DNA of 27,264 nucleotides from a virus (Duplodnaviria; Heunggongvirae; Uroviricota; Caudoviricetes): IMG/VR virus record IMGVR_UViG_2690316318_000023, positions 1 to 27,264 of that record; one strand, 5' to 3'. Shown piece by piece: positions 16,439 to 25,047 of this stretch (position 1 is its first letter; each line of letters starts with the position of its first letter). The notes under the pieces were generated by a model. It saw only the letters and a program-made list of their open reading frames with translations, ran no database searches and was not told where the DNA came from. The position numbers and the translations under genes were made by a program.

Positions 16439-16871
16439 CTGTAGCACCAATCATAACTATCTGTTTTAGCAAGCATTAACCGCATTCACTAAGCTATAGT
16501 TGATGGCACAAACAGAAAGTTGGCGCATGATGTTGTCATGTACATGTCACAAATACGGCACAACGATCTTCAAAGATGTAGCCCCACCTCCACAGAAGAG
16601 CACAAAGCCTTGCAATCCAGTGCAAAGCTTTGCGTGCCCCACTGCGACCTTTATAGGCAATAAGAAGATAGCAGTAATGTCAAATAGCTCAGAAGTCTTT
16701 TTTTCTTTCAAATAGAGAGAAACTGAGTAGTCAGTTTAATTGTACTTCTCATGGGGAATGATAAGGCACAGGAACTCAATCACTATTGTGAATCTAAATT
16801 CACTATAGTAAATTTAGTGATTCATTTTGTATCTTAAGACACAAAGCAACGATCACTTTAAGGGAGATAAC

Positions 16872-17309
16872 ATGTTAAAAATCAGAATGTCACGACTATC
16901 TGAAGCGCCAGAAATTATCCAAATTTGGAAAAATTCCGTTGATGCCACACACGATTTTCTTACAGCCCATGATCGGCAGGAGATTGAAAAAGAAGTTGTC
17001 AGCTTTTTTTCAGAAACCCCTGTGCTGGTAGCAACAAACCAGGAAGATCAGCCACTAGGATTCATGTTTTTGCATGAGAGACATTTAGAGGCTCTTTTTG
17101 TTGATGCATCAGCTCGCGGACTTGGCGTTGGGAAATGCCTGATCTCACATGCGCTGGCTCTACATCCTGATTTAAGCGTTGATGTAAATGAACAAAATCA
17201 TCAAGCTGTAGGTTTTTATCAACATATGGGATTTAAACTTTCAGGACGTTCCGAACGGGACAATCAAGGCAGACCCTACCCTCTATTACACCTTCGTAAG
17301 GCAATGTGA
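16872..17309 (+). CDS. GNAT-family N-acetyltransferase (145 aa from ATG 16872)
   Basis: AGGGAG Shine-Dalgarno before ATG 16872. The GNAT acetyl-CoA motif region (LFVDASARGLGVGKCLISHA) is visible. Confidence 0.85.
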   Translation: MLKIRMSRLSEAPEIIQIWKNSVDATHDFLTAHDRQEIEKEVVSFFSETPVLVATNQEDQPLGFMFLHERHLEALFVDASARGLGVGKCLISHALALHPDLSVDVNEQNHQAVGFYQHMGFKLSGRSERDNQGRPYPLLHLRKAM

Positions 17310-17334
17310 CGCGATCATTTTAGGAAAATTACCA

Positions 17335-17919
17335 TCATGGATTTTTTTGACTGAAAGCGACAATGTAAGTACAACTCTGCTCGCTATCTGGGTTTCTCAT
17401 TTGGTACTCGCTGGCAAAGGTAAGAGCAAGACAATCACCGGCTTGTAAATGATGGGTCTGATGATTGACTCGAAAATCAAGGCTGCCGCTTAACATCCAA
17501 AGAGTTTGGCCGGAAAGATGCTCATTTGCAGAGGCTGGGATCGTCAATTGCCCCATAGGGGGAATTTCAACTTTTATTAGTTCTGGACATGCACCCGCTG
17601 GGGACAAAGACCAGCGGGTAATGCCTGTTTCTTCATCAATCCAGTGTTGTTGCTGATCAGCCAAAAGTACAAGTGAATTCTGTTGCATCTCAAGCTCTGC
17701 AAAAAGCTTTGATAACGTAATATTCAGTGCATTAGCTAACCGGCTAAGTATTGTTGCACTAGGGCTTGAAGCGCCTCGTTCAACTTTGCTGATCATAGCC
17801 TGACTGACACCAGATCGTTGGGCAAGCTCTGTTACAGTCAAATTTCGAGCCTTTCTGTGCTTGAGCAATAAACGTGCAATATCGCTATCGACTACCTGAT
17901 TTTCAGCTCTTTTATCCAT
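17335..17919 (-). CDS. XRE-family HTH transcriptional regulator with C-terminal cupin domain (194 aa)
   Basis: N-terminal HTH (LTVTELAQRSGVSQAMISKVERG) and a C-terminal beta-rich cupin-like region. Confidence 0.85.
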   Translation of the reverse strand: MDKRAENQVVDSDIARLLLKHRKARNLTVTELAQRSGVSQAMISKVERGASSPSATILSRLANALNITLSKLFAELEMQQNSLVLLADQQQHWIDEETGITRWSLSPAGACPELIKVEIPPMGQLTIPASANEHLSGQTLWMLSGSLDFRVNHQTHHLQAGDCLALTFASEYQMRNPDSEQSCTYIVAFSQKNP

Positions 17920-18357
17920 TCATACCCTCTCTTTTGCCAATCTGATTATGCCATCACATAACTTGTGATTAAATAAATGATTTTTTACGTCTAAAATACA
18001 TGTTTTCTAAACGTTAAGTCTTAGACTAAAGACAAGCAACTTTAACGCACGTATTTGGCGCATAATAGTCCTAATGATAGTGGCGCACAGTTATGGAGTA
18101 GTCGAGGGAGGAGAATTAAACCTCTCTCATGCCAAAATACGTAAAATCTGTAATAACTGGAAATCATTCAATGCTCGTACTATCGAAAGATTCAGCAGCC
18201 AACCGCAGTTTGCTTGCTATCTTCGGCGACGCTAACTGTGAATGTTAAAAATCAGCGTTATTCATAAATATATTTGTTAGCAATAGTGAATCACGGTACG
18301 TTTCTGTGTACAACGTACTGTAGCTTTCTTTACGATTTATAGCTGTACTGGTGAATT

Positions 18358-18687
18358 ATGAGCAATCTGAATCCATGCATGACGTGTGGTGCCTGTTGTG
18401 CATTTTTCCGCGTCTCTTTTTACTGGGCCGAAGGTGATGATGCTGGCGGCACAGTTCCGGCACATCTTACTGAGCAGCTCTCCCCCTACCACCGTTGTAT
18501 GAGTGGTACTAACCAAAAAGAACCACGTTGTGTTGCCTTGGCAGGAACTCCCGGGGAAAACGCTTACTGCACAATATATAAAAATCGCTCATCTACATGC
18601 AGAGAGTTCGCTATGTCTGGTGAGAATGGAAAAGTAAATGAGGCGTGTAATCGGGCTAGGGCCAAGTACGGGCTTCCCCCAATTTAA
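18358..18687 (+). CDS. ykgJ: YkgJ-family cysteine-cluster (zinc/iron-chelating domain) protein (109 aa)
   Basis: CMTCGACC motif near the N-terminus plus further conserved Cys; the length matches the YkgJ family. Confidence 0.8.
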   Translation: MSNLNPCMTCGACCAFFRVSFYWAEGDDAGGTVPAHLTEQLSPYHRCMSGTNQKEPRCVALAGTPGENAYCTIYKNRSSTCREFAMSGENGKVNEACNRARAKYGLPPI

Positions 18688-18962
18688 CTGTCTTTTCAGA
18701 CTGAAACAAAGTTACATAACTCCACATTAAAAATAGTATGCTCTAACAAAAAATGTCAGATGCCCGCAGTTCCCCGCGGGCTTGTTGGTTCTGCCAATAA
18801 ATTTAAATCCAGTTCAACATGGCACGACCAACAACGCAATACAAACCATCGGATTCACCGCAAATCAGTACAATCGAGATCTGCTCTTCCCCTGTATATG
18901 CCATATACAGAACATAATCTCACACTAATTATTGGTATTGATACTGTCCCCCAAATAGTTTC

Positions 18963-18976
18963 GTGATATATATCAC
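18963..18976. promoter_or_regulatory. Perfect 14-bp palindrome GTGATATATATCAC upstream of the diguanylate cyclase gene
   Basis: Read directly; about 210 bp upstream of the ATG at 19188 in an AT-rich intergenic region. Confidence 0.25.
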
Positions 18977-19187
18977 AAATAATGGCACATTAAAAAATTC
19001 ACTCAAAGTTCACTATGTACACCTTAAATTAGTGAGCATATAAATAACTAACGAACTATTCAAAACTATCTTGACAGAAAAAGATAATCTCAGCACCTAT
19101 AACAGATGGTATACTAATTTAAAATAAGTTAACCTTCGACATATGTATTGGCATATATGAATAAATATGCAATCTTTAGGTGACAAC

Positions 19188-20528
19188 ATGACTACTCGCA
19201 CAGTACCAGTAAGTTTAAAAATATTTTCTATAATATTCATATTTGTTTCATTTTTTCTCATGAAACTACACGAGAAAAATTGGCTATACCTTACACAAAC
19301 CACCCAAACCAACTATATTATTTTTATTGTAGGGTTGTTTTTTATTAATCTTATGATTTGTATATTTATGTTTTTATACTATACATCTCATCAAAAACAA
19401 ATTTACCTTCTGATTCTTTCTATTGCATTTCTGAATAATCTCTATTATTTTATAGAGACAATAATTATTGTGCAAACACCTATATCCTCTAACTCTTTAA
19501 TAATTCAGAAAGCAAATGACATTGCCATATTTTATTTTTTTCGCCAAATAAGTTTTGTGTTAATCACCTGCATTGCTATTTTTGCAAGCAATCTCAAAGA
19601 AAATAACATTACCAAAAACAAGTGGAATATCCTTGCAATATTATTTTCCACACTTATACTTATGTTTATATCATTTACAAGCTGGACATTGAGTAGCGGA
19701 GATAATCGTTACTCAATTGACATAGTGTATTATTCAGTTACCAGCCATCAATTATCATGGAACACTACCTATATTAAAACCATTATTTATTTCTGGTTGT
19801 TACTCCTTGTCTCATCTTGTTTTTTTATAAAAAATTATTCGAAAATATGGTGTTGCATTAGTTTTATTAGCGTTGCACTGGCATGTGATAACTTAATATT
19901 ATTACACTTTATGGATACCAGTTATCCTATATGGTATTGGGCCAAAGGACTTGAGTTGATATCCAGTATGTATATCATATCAACTCTCATGTATTTTGTG
20001 TTTTTAAGACTGAAACATGCCAATTATATGGCAACTCATGATTTTTTGACCGATATTTACAACAGAGGAAGCTTTTTAAACACATTCAGGAAAATATTGA
20101 CAAACAATAACCACAATACCATTTGTGTATTAATGATGGATATTGACCATTTTAAAAAAGTAAATGACCAGTGGGGACATCATACCGGGGATATAGTTAT
20201 CAACACAGTAACAAAAATCATTGCAAAAACTATTCGCAGAAGGGATTTGTTTGGTCGCCTTGGTGGTGAAGAGTTCGCTGTTGTATTTAATGGACTCTCA
20301 CTCACACAGATCACATCAATCAGCGAGAGAATAAGAAGAAATATTGAAATAAAAACCCAGAATCTAACTGTAAAGTATGGTGTAAAAAAAGTCACTATCA
20401 GCATTGGTGGTTTTGTTGCAAACTCAAACAAGTTTACCCCATCAGAGATGTTGATTAATGCTGACAAGGCGTTATACGAAGCTAAAAGAACGGGAAGAAA
20501 CAAAGTTGTGATCTATACATCGGACTAA
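19188..20528 (+). CDS. Membrane-anchored diguanylate cyclase (multi-pass N-terminal sensor domain + GGDEF), DgcT/YcdT-like
   Basis: AGGTGA Shine-Dalgarno before ATG 19188. About 8 hydrophobic helices, then a GGDEF domain (DIDHFKKVND...RLGGEEFAV...YEAKRTGRNKV). The gene is strongly AT-rich. Confidence 0.85.
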   Translation: MTTRTVPVSLKIFSIIFIFVSFFLMKLHEKNWLYLTQTTQTNYIIFIVGLFFINLMICIFMFLYYTSHQKQIYLLILSIAFLNNLYYFIETIIIVQTPISSNSLIIQKANDIAIFYFFRQISFVLITCIAIFASNLKENNITKNKWNILAILFSTLILMFISFTSWTLSSGDNRYSIDIVYYSVTSHQLSWNTTYIKTIIYFWLLLLVSSCFFIKNYSKIWCCISFISVALACDNLILLHFMDTSYPIWYWAKGLELISSMYIISTLMYFVFLRLKHANYMATHDFLTDIYNRGSFLNTFRKILTNNNHNTICVLMMDIDHFKKVNDQWGHHTGDIVINTVTKIIAKTIRRRDLFGRLGGEEFAVVFNGLSLTQITSISERIRRNIEIKTQNLTVKYGVKKVTISIGGFVANSNKFTPSEMLINADKALYEAKRTGRNKVVIYTSD

Positions 20529-20867
20529 CTTCATATAATATAAATTACTAGTAATACCGCTATTCTCCATTGTCTTGAAAGAAACCGCCGCACATATAAT
20601 AATGTGCAGCGGTTTATACTCTACAATCTCAACAAGTAAGGGCAAAAATCACAACTATCTAATACATAAATATTTTATTTGTTTTTCAAAACGTTAAACA
20701 ATATCAATTACTACTACAGGCTACGATACCCCACCTTTTTTGCCCCTTTTCCTACTTTTTGTCCCATTTTTGCCACCGAAAAAAAAATTCCAAAACGTCT
20801 CAATCAAAGTCAAACCAGCCGCAGCACGTTCTTGCATACGACATAGCTGCGGCATATCACAAAACGA

Positions 20868-21452
20868 TTACTCCATAACAGGGCTTGCAGGCCACTCAAT
20901 ATCAGGCGCAGTTGATGTATCAACACGGTTCAGCAACACCCGATACCTCTTCCATGCGGCCAGTAACGATTTTTCTTCCTCCGTTGCGATCTCGAGATCT
21001 ACCGCATCCTGAAGTGGTGCAATATGTTCACTGGCCACCTGCATCAGGCTGCTTTTTGTTTCTTCCGCTTCCCGTACCCGAAACAGTTTTTCTGCTTCTG
21101 CATCTTTCACCCAGGATGTGCCGTTCCACTTCTGATATTCCCCTTCCGGGGATAACCAGGTGACATTTTCCGGTAACGGACCAAGTTCAGAAATAAATAA
21201 CGCGCTCCCTGATTCCACGTTATAAACCGTTTTACCCCGATGATCTTCAACGAGATGCCATGACTCCTCTTCACTGTTGAAAACAGCCACGAAACCAGCC
21301 GGAGTATCCGGTGGAGCAATATCCGTAGAATTAGCTGGCAGACCTGTATGCGGTGGAATATATGCATCACCTTCACCAATAAATTCATTAGTTCCGGCCA
21401 GCAGGTTATAGATTTTTATAGTCCGTGATTGTTCACTCATTCTGAATGCCAT
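20868..21452 (-). CDS. tfa: Tail fiber assembly protein Tfa (194 aa)
   Basis: [49 protein letters not shown]... is near-identical to lambda Tfa as recalled. The start overlaps the stf stop (TAATG). Confidence 0.9.
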   Translation of the reverse strand: MAFRMSEQSRTIKIYNLLAGTNEFIGEGDAYIPPHTGLPANSTDIAPPDTPAGFVAVFNSEEESWHLVEDHRGKTVYNVESGSALFISELGPLPENVTWLSPEGEYQKWNGTSWVKDAEAEKLFRVREAEETKSSLMQVASEHIAPLQDAVDLEIATEEEKSLLAAWKRYRVLLNRVDTSTAPDIEWPASPVME

Positions 21453-24313
21453 TATGCAAGCCTCACAATATAGTTAAATGCGATGTTTTTGACGGTGTTT
21501 TCCGCGTTACCCGCAGCGTTAACGGTGATGGTATGTCCGTGCGCACCCAATGCCACTGTGTGTGTATGAGCACCAATACCTACGGTATGGTTATGCTGAC
21601 CAATATTGACGGTATGAGCGTGAGCCCCGGCAGAGCTTGACACCTGGTTGGTTCCTGATACCTGTACGCGTTGTTTACCACCAACAGAGTCACCACCATA
21701 GCGCCCACCGACAGTGTGTGTATGCGCTCCCGTATTGTTTGTCGTTTTTGTGCCGTGGTTAAACGTGCTGACCGTTTTTGTCCCGTAATCAAACGAACTG
21801 GTTGTTTTCGTCCCCAAATCCGTACTGGATGCACTGGCACTGTGGGCGTGAGATTTAATGCCGTCTTGTTCCTGTGACAGAATTTCACGACCACTGGCGG
21901 GCTTGCCCTTAATCGTCCAGCCACGCATATCAGGGATCACGCCTGACGGATAAGCGACTGCAAGTTTCGGGTATGCGGATTTGTCAAAAGTCTGCCCCTG
22001 CATCAGGGCATAACCAGACGGAACGGTATCTGATGGCCACGGGATTGGTGCACCGACTGGATAAAACTCTGCAGGAGGATGAGCTGAGGTGTAAAGCTGC
22101 GCCCACGGCGACCAGTTTGCGTCGGTCGTATCCCGTCGTGAACGAATAAATGCCGGAGCATGAGCACCGCTTGTACCACTCCAGCCGATGAGTAACTCAC
22201 CTTCGCCAACGGCTGTCATCCCTTTCAGGTGAATGATATTTCCATACGCTGTTGGATATCCGTTGTTATACACCTCGTATAACTCAAGACCTGTTGCCCC
22301 CTGCGTATTGTCTGTCAGCGCGGTTACCCGACCTTTTGAAGCCAGATTAACTGATGATACTGCTGTTCCACCTGACGGTAACGCCCCGATCTCTGATGCC
22401 GTTGGCTTATTTCTGGAGTTATAGTCCCTTCGCCAGCCAGGTGAATAATCTGTTCCGTGATTAATATAGGTAAACTGGGCGTTAGTTGTTCCGCCACCAG
22501 TGGAGGTGGTCGGTGTGGTAATGCGGATCGTCATCGCTGACTTTATCCCCATTACTTCAATGACAGCTCCTGCGAGATGAATATTACCGCAGCCAGTATC
22601 AGTAATGATTTTATTATTGCCATAAGACCAGGAACCCTTGCACATCCAGTATGGATGGTTAAATGCTCCCTGAGAATCCAGCCACTCGATAAACTGTGCA
22701 GTCGTCCAGTTTCCTGTTGTTGTGCTTACTGACCCACCGAAGGCACGGCAGGCACCAATATTTTTCGTAAAGGTGTCTTTGCCAGGGATATCCGCACCGT
22801 TCTGATCTTTCTGCAGACGTTTCTCAGCATTGTCATTGGCTGCTTTTACTGCCTTTGGCGTTGCCGCCAGTGACTCGGAAGTGCTGTTAGTCGCACTGCT
22901 TAGCTGTACTATCCCCTTTTTCGTCGTGCTTGCATCCTCAAGCGCCACGGCGGATGCAATATCTTCTGCCCGTTTTGCTGCTGTCTCGGCGCGCGTTGCT
23001 GCGGATTCTGCCGTACTTTTGCTCTGAGCTGCCGCCGTCGCACTACCAGCTGCCTCTGTCGCCTTCGTGGATGCCGTCGTGGCGCTGCCCTTCGCTGCTG
23101 ACGCTTGTCTGGTCGCCTCATCTTTTGAAGCAGACGCCGATGATGCCGATGACGCCGCCGAACTGGCTGACGATGCGGCTGCCGTTTTTGAGGATTCTGC
23201 ACGGGTTTCCGACGCTTTCGCGTTCGTCTCGGATGTCTTCGCCGCGGAAGCAGACCTCGCTGCTGCGCTGGCCTGCTCAGTGGCTTCGCCAGCCTTCGTT
23301 GTGGCTGTTGAAGCGGATGATGCGGCGCTTTCTGCCGATTTTCCGGCGGCGGTGGCACTGGCTGAGGCCTGCCCGGCACTTGTTGACGCGGCACTGGCAG
23401 ATGATGCAGCCGCTGTTTTTGAGCCTGCCGCAGCTGAGGCACTCTGTTCCGCTGCCGTTTCAGAGGACTTAGCGTTTGTCTCAGACGTCTTTGCCGCCTT
23501 CGCGGAATTTCCTGCCGCCGTTGCCGAGGAAGCTGCACTACTGGCACTTGATGATGCGTTCGTTTCTGATGATTTCGCAGCCTCTTTTGAGGCCGCCGCA
23601 TCCCGTGCCGAGGTGGCAGCTTCTGACGCCTTCGTGGTCGAAGTGGATGCAGAAGTGGCTGCCGATTTTTGTGACGCCGCAGCATTCGTTTCTGACGTTT
23701 TCGCGGCACTGGCGCTGGTAGCTGCCGCACTTTTTGATGACTCTGCAGCAGCAGCACTTTTCGATGCTTCACTGGCCTTTGTTGCTGCCGTTCCTGCGCT
23801 GGAAGATGCTGACTGAGCAGATGATGCAGCCTGTCCGGCTGACGTGCTGGCGGCACGTGCTGAGCCTGCAGCATCGGTTGCATGAGTTGCTGCCTCGCTG
23901 GCTGATGCACTGGCATCGCTGGCCGATTTTTTCGCGGCTGCCGTATTCTGTGCAACCGCGGAGGCGTTACGCGACACCTCTTCCACCATCTGCTCAAAGC
24001 GACGCAGTGCCTCCGGCCGGACATCATCCTCCGTCATTGCACCGAGGAAATCATTCAGTGTGCCCGGCTTTGAGTCCTCATATACGGTGATAATCCCGGC
24101 GTGTGACGGCGGGAATCCCTCCACCAACAGACTGACGCTGTACTGACCATACTCAACGTCCATTGTGTAACGCCCGGCTTCATCCGGGTTTTCTGAGGCC
24201 ACTGTGTTCACCACCACCGTGGTGCTGTTGCGCCTGGCCTTTAGCTGAATGGTGCAGTTTTGTATCGGCTTACCTGCACCATCTTTCAGTACACCTGAAA
24301 TCTTTACTGCCAT
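21452..24313 (-). CDS. stf: Side tail fiber protein Stf (about 953 aa from ATG 24313) with long Ala/Ser/Thr-rich repeat region and His-rich C-terminal repeats
   Basis: N-terminus [38 protein letters not shown] and C-terminus ...[40 protein letters not shown] match lambda Stf as recalled. The central repeats are expanded. Confidence 0.9.
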   Translation of the reverse strand: MAVKISGVLKDGAGKPIQNCTIQLKARRNSTTVVVNTVASENPDEAGRYTMDVEYGQYSVSLLVEGFPPSHAGIITVYEDSKPGTLNDFLGAMTEDDVRPEALRRFEQMVEEVSRNASAVAQNTAAAKKSASDASASASEAATHATDAAGSARAASTSAGQAASSAQSASSSAGTAATKASEASKSAAAAESSKSAAATSASAAKTSETNAAASQKSAATSASTSTTKASEAATSARDAAASKEAAKSSETNASSSASSAASSATAAGNSAKAAKTSETNAKSSETAAEQSASAAAGSKTAAASSASAASTSAGQASASATAAGKSAESAASSASTATTKAGEATEQASAAARSASAAKTSETNAKASETRAESSKTAAASSASSAASSASSASASKDEATRQASAAKGSATTASTKATEAAGSATAAAQSKSTAESAATRAETAAKRAEDIASAVALEDASTTKKGIVQLSSATNSTSESLAATPKAVKAANDNAEKRLQKDQNGADIPGKDTFTKNIGACRAFGGSVSTTTGNWTTAQFIEWLDSQGAFNHPYWMCKGSWSYGNNKIITDTGCGNIHLAGAVIEVMGIKSAMTIRITTPTTSTGGGTTNAQFTYINHGTDYSPGWRRDYNSRNKPTASEIGALPSGGTAVSSVNLASKGRVTALTDNTQGATGLELYEVYNNGYPTAYGNIIHLKGMTAVGEGELLIGWSGTSGAHAPAFIRSRRDTTDANWSPWAQLYTSAHPPAEFYPVGAPIPWPSDTVPSGYALMQGQTFDKSAYPKLAVAYPSGVIPDMRGWTIKGKPASGREILSQEQDGIKSHAHSASASSTDLGTKTTSSFDYGTKTVSTFNHGTKTTNNTGAHTHTVGGRYGGDSVGGKQRVQVSGTNQVSSSAGAHAHTVNIGQHNHTVGIGAHTHTVALGAHGHTITVNAAGNAENTVKNIAFNYIVRLA

Positions 24314-24321
24314 ACTCACCC

Positions 24322-24350
24322 CACAAAAAAGCCCGCCTGAACCGGCGGGC
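24322..24350 (-). terminator. Rho-independent terminator downstream of lom (minus strand)
   Basis: Hairpin GCCCGCC-tgaacc-GGCGGGC followed on the minus strand by a TTTTTT run. Confidence 0.5.
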
Positions 24351-24377
24351 TGTCATAACACTGTGTTACCTGGCTAA

Positions 24378-24977
24378 TCAGAATTTATAACCGACACCAA
24401 CGATGAAACTGTTGGTACGCCAGTCACCGCTGCCGGAGCCTTCATAAGCAATATCAATGGCCACGGATTCGGTCGGGTTAAACTGCACGCCAGCCCCCCA
24501 CGCCAGAGACCTGTTGCTGTGGCGACCGTCATCACTTCCGGTCAGCACATCGTGCGTTTTCCCCTTGCTGTCAGTTACGCGGAGATAATCCCCGGAGAAA
24601 GTCGACACACGGCTGTAAGCCACACCCGCCATCGCATACGTGCTGAACCATTCATTCACGCGCACAGATGGCCCCGCCATTACGCTGAACCAGCGATTAC
24701 GCACGGAATCCTCATGCCAGCGGGTATCACTGTAATGCGTTTTTTGCTCATCTTTGGCATTGGCATAACTGAATGACGTCACCAGCCCCAGCGTGTCCGT
24801 AAACTCATAACGGTATTTCACGTTAATCCCGTTCAGATCATCGCTGCCGGGAACGTTCGTCGAGGCATGAAGATAGCCCGCACTCAGCGTGGACTGTTGT
24901 TCAGACGCCCATGCAGGCGCACCGGATACGGCCAGACAAATGGCTGCGGACAAAATGGCTGCACAAACTTTACGCAT
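24378..24977 (-). CDS. lom: Lom outer-membrane protein (Ail/Lom/PagC family beta-barrel, 199 aa)
   Basis: Signal peptide (MRKVCAAILSAAICLAVSGAPAWA) and a C-terminal aromatic residue (…GYKF). Sequence is near-identical to lambda Lom as recalled. Confidence 0.9.
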   Translation of the reverse strand: MRKVCAAILSAAICLAVSGAPAWASEQQSTLSAGYLHASTNVPGSDDLNGINVKYRYEFTDTLGLVTSFSYANAKDEQKTHYSDTRWHEDSVRNRWFSVMAGPSVRVNEWFSTYAMAGVAYSRVSTFSGDYLRVTDSKGKTHDVLTGSDDGRHSNRSLAWGAGVQFNPTESVAIDIAYEGSGSGDWRTNSFIVGVGYKF

Positions 24978-25001
24978 AATTACCTCTCGCTTTTCTGCAA
25001 T

Positions 25002-25025
25002 AAAAAAGGCGCCATTTCTGGCGCC
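25002..25025 (-). terminator. Candidate terminator between J and lom (minus strand)
   Basis: Hairpin GGCGCC-atttct-GGCGCC followed on the minus strand by a TTTTTT run. Confidence 0.4.
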
Positions 25026-25047
25026 CGTTATTAGGGTTATAAATATT

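Noticed and set aside
16393-16470. Possible intact tRNA gene next to the integrase
   Set aside because: Only the 3' 46 nt have tRNA character; the upstream sequence cannot pair with the acceptor 3' strand or form a D arm, so it is an att-core fragment rather than a functional tRNA.
22909-24027. 372-aa Arg/Pro/Gln-rich ORF on the minus strand and 249-aa Ala/Asp/Phe-rich ORF (23067-23816) on the plus strand
   Set aside because: Both are alternative-frame readings of the GC-rich Ala/Ser/Thr repeat tract inside stf. Their composition is non-protein-like and they lie fully within a well-supported gene.
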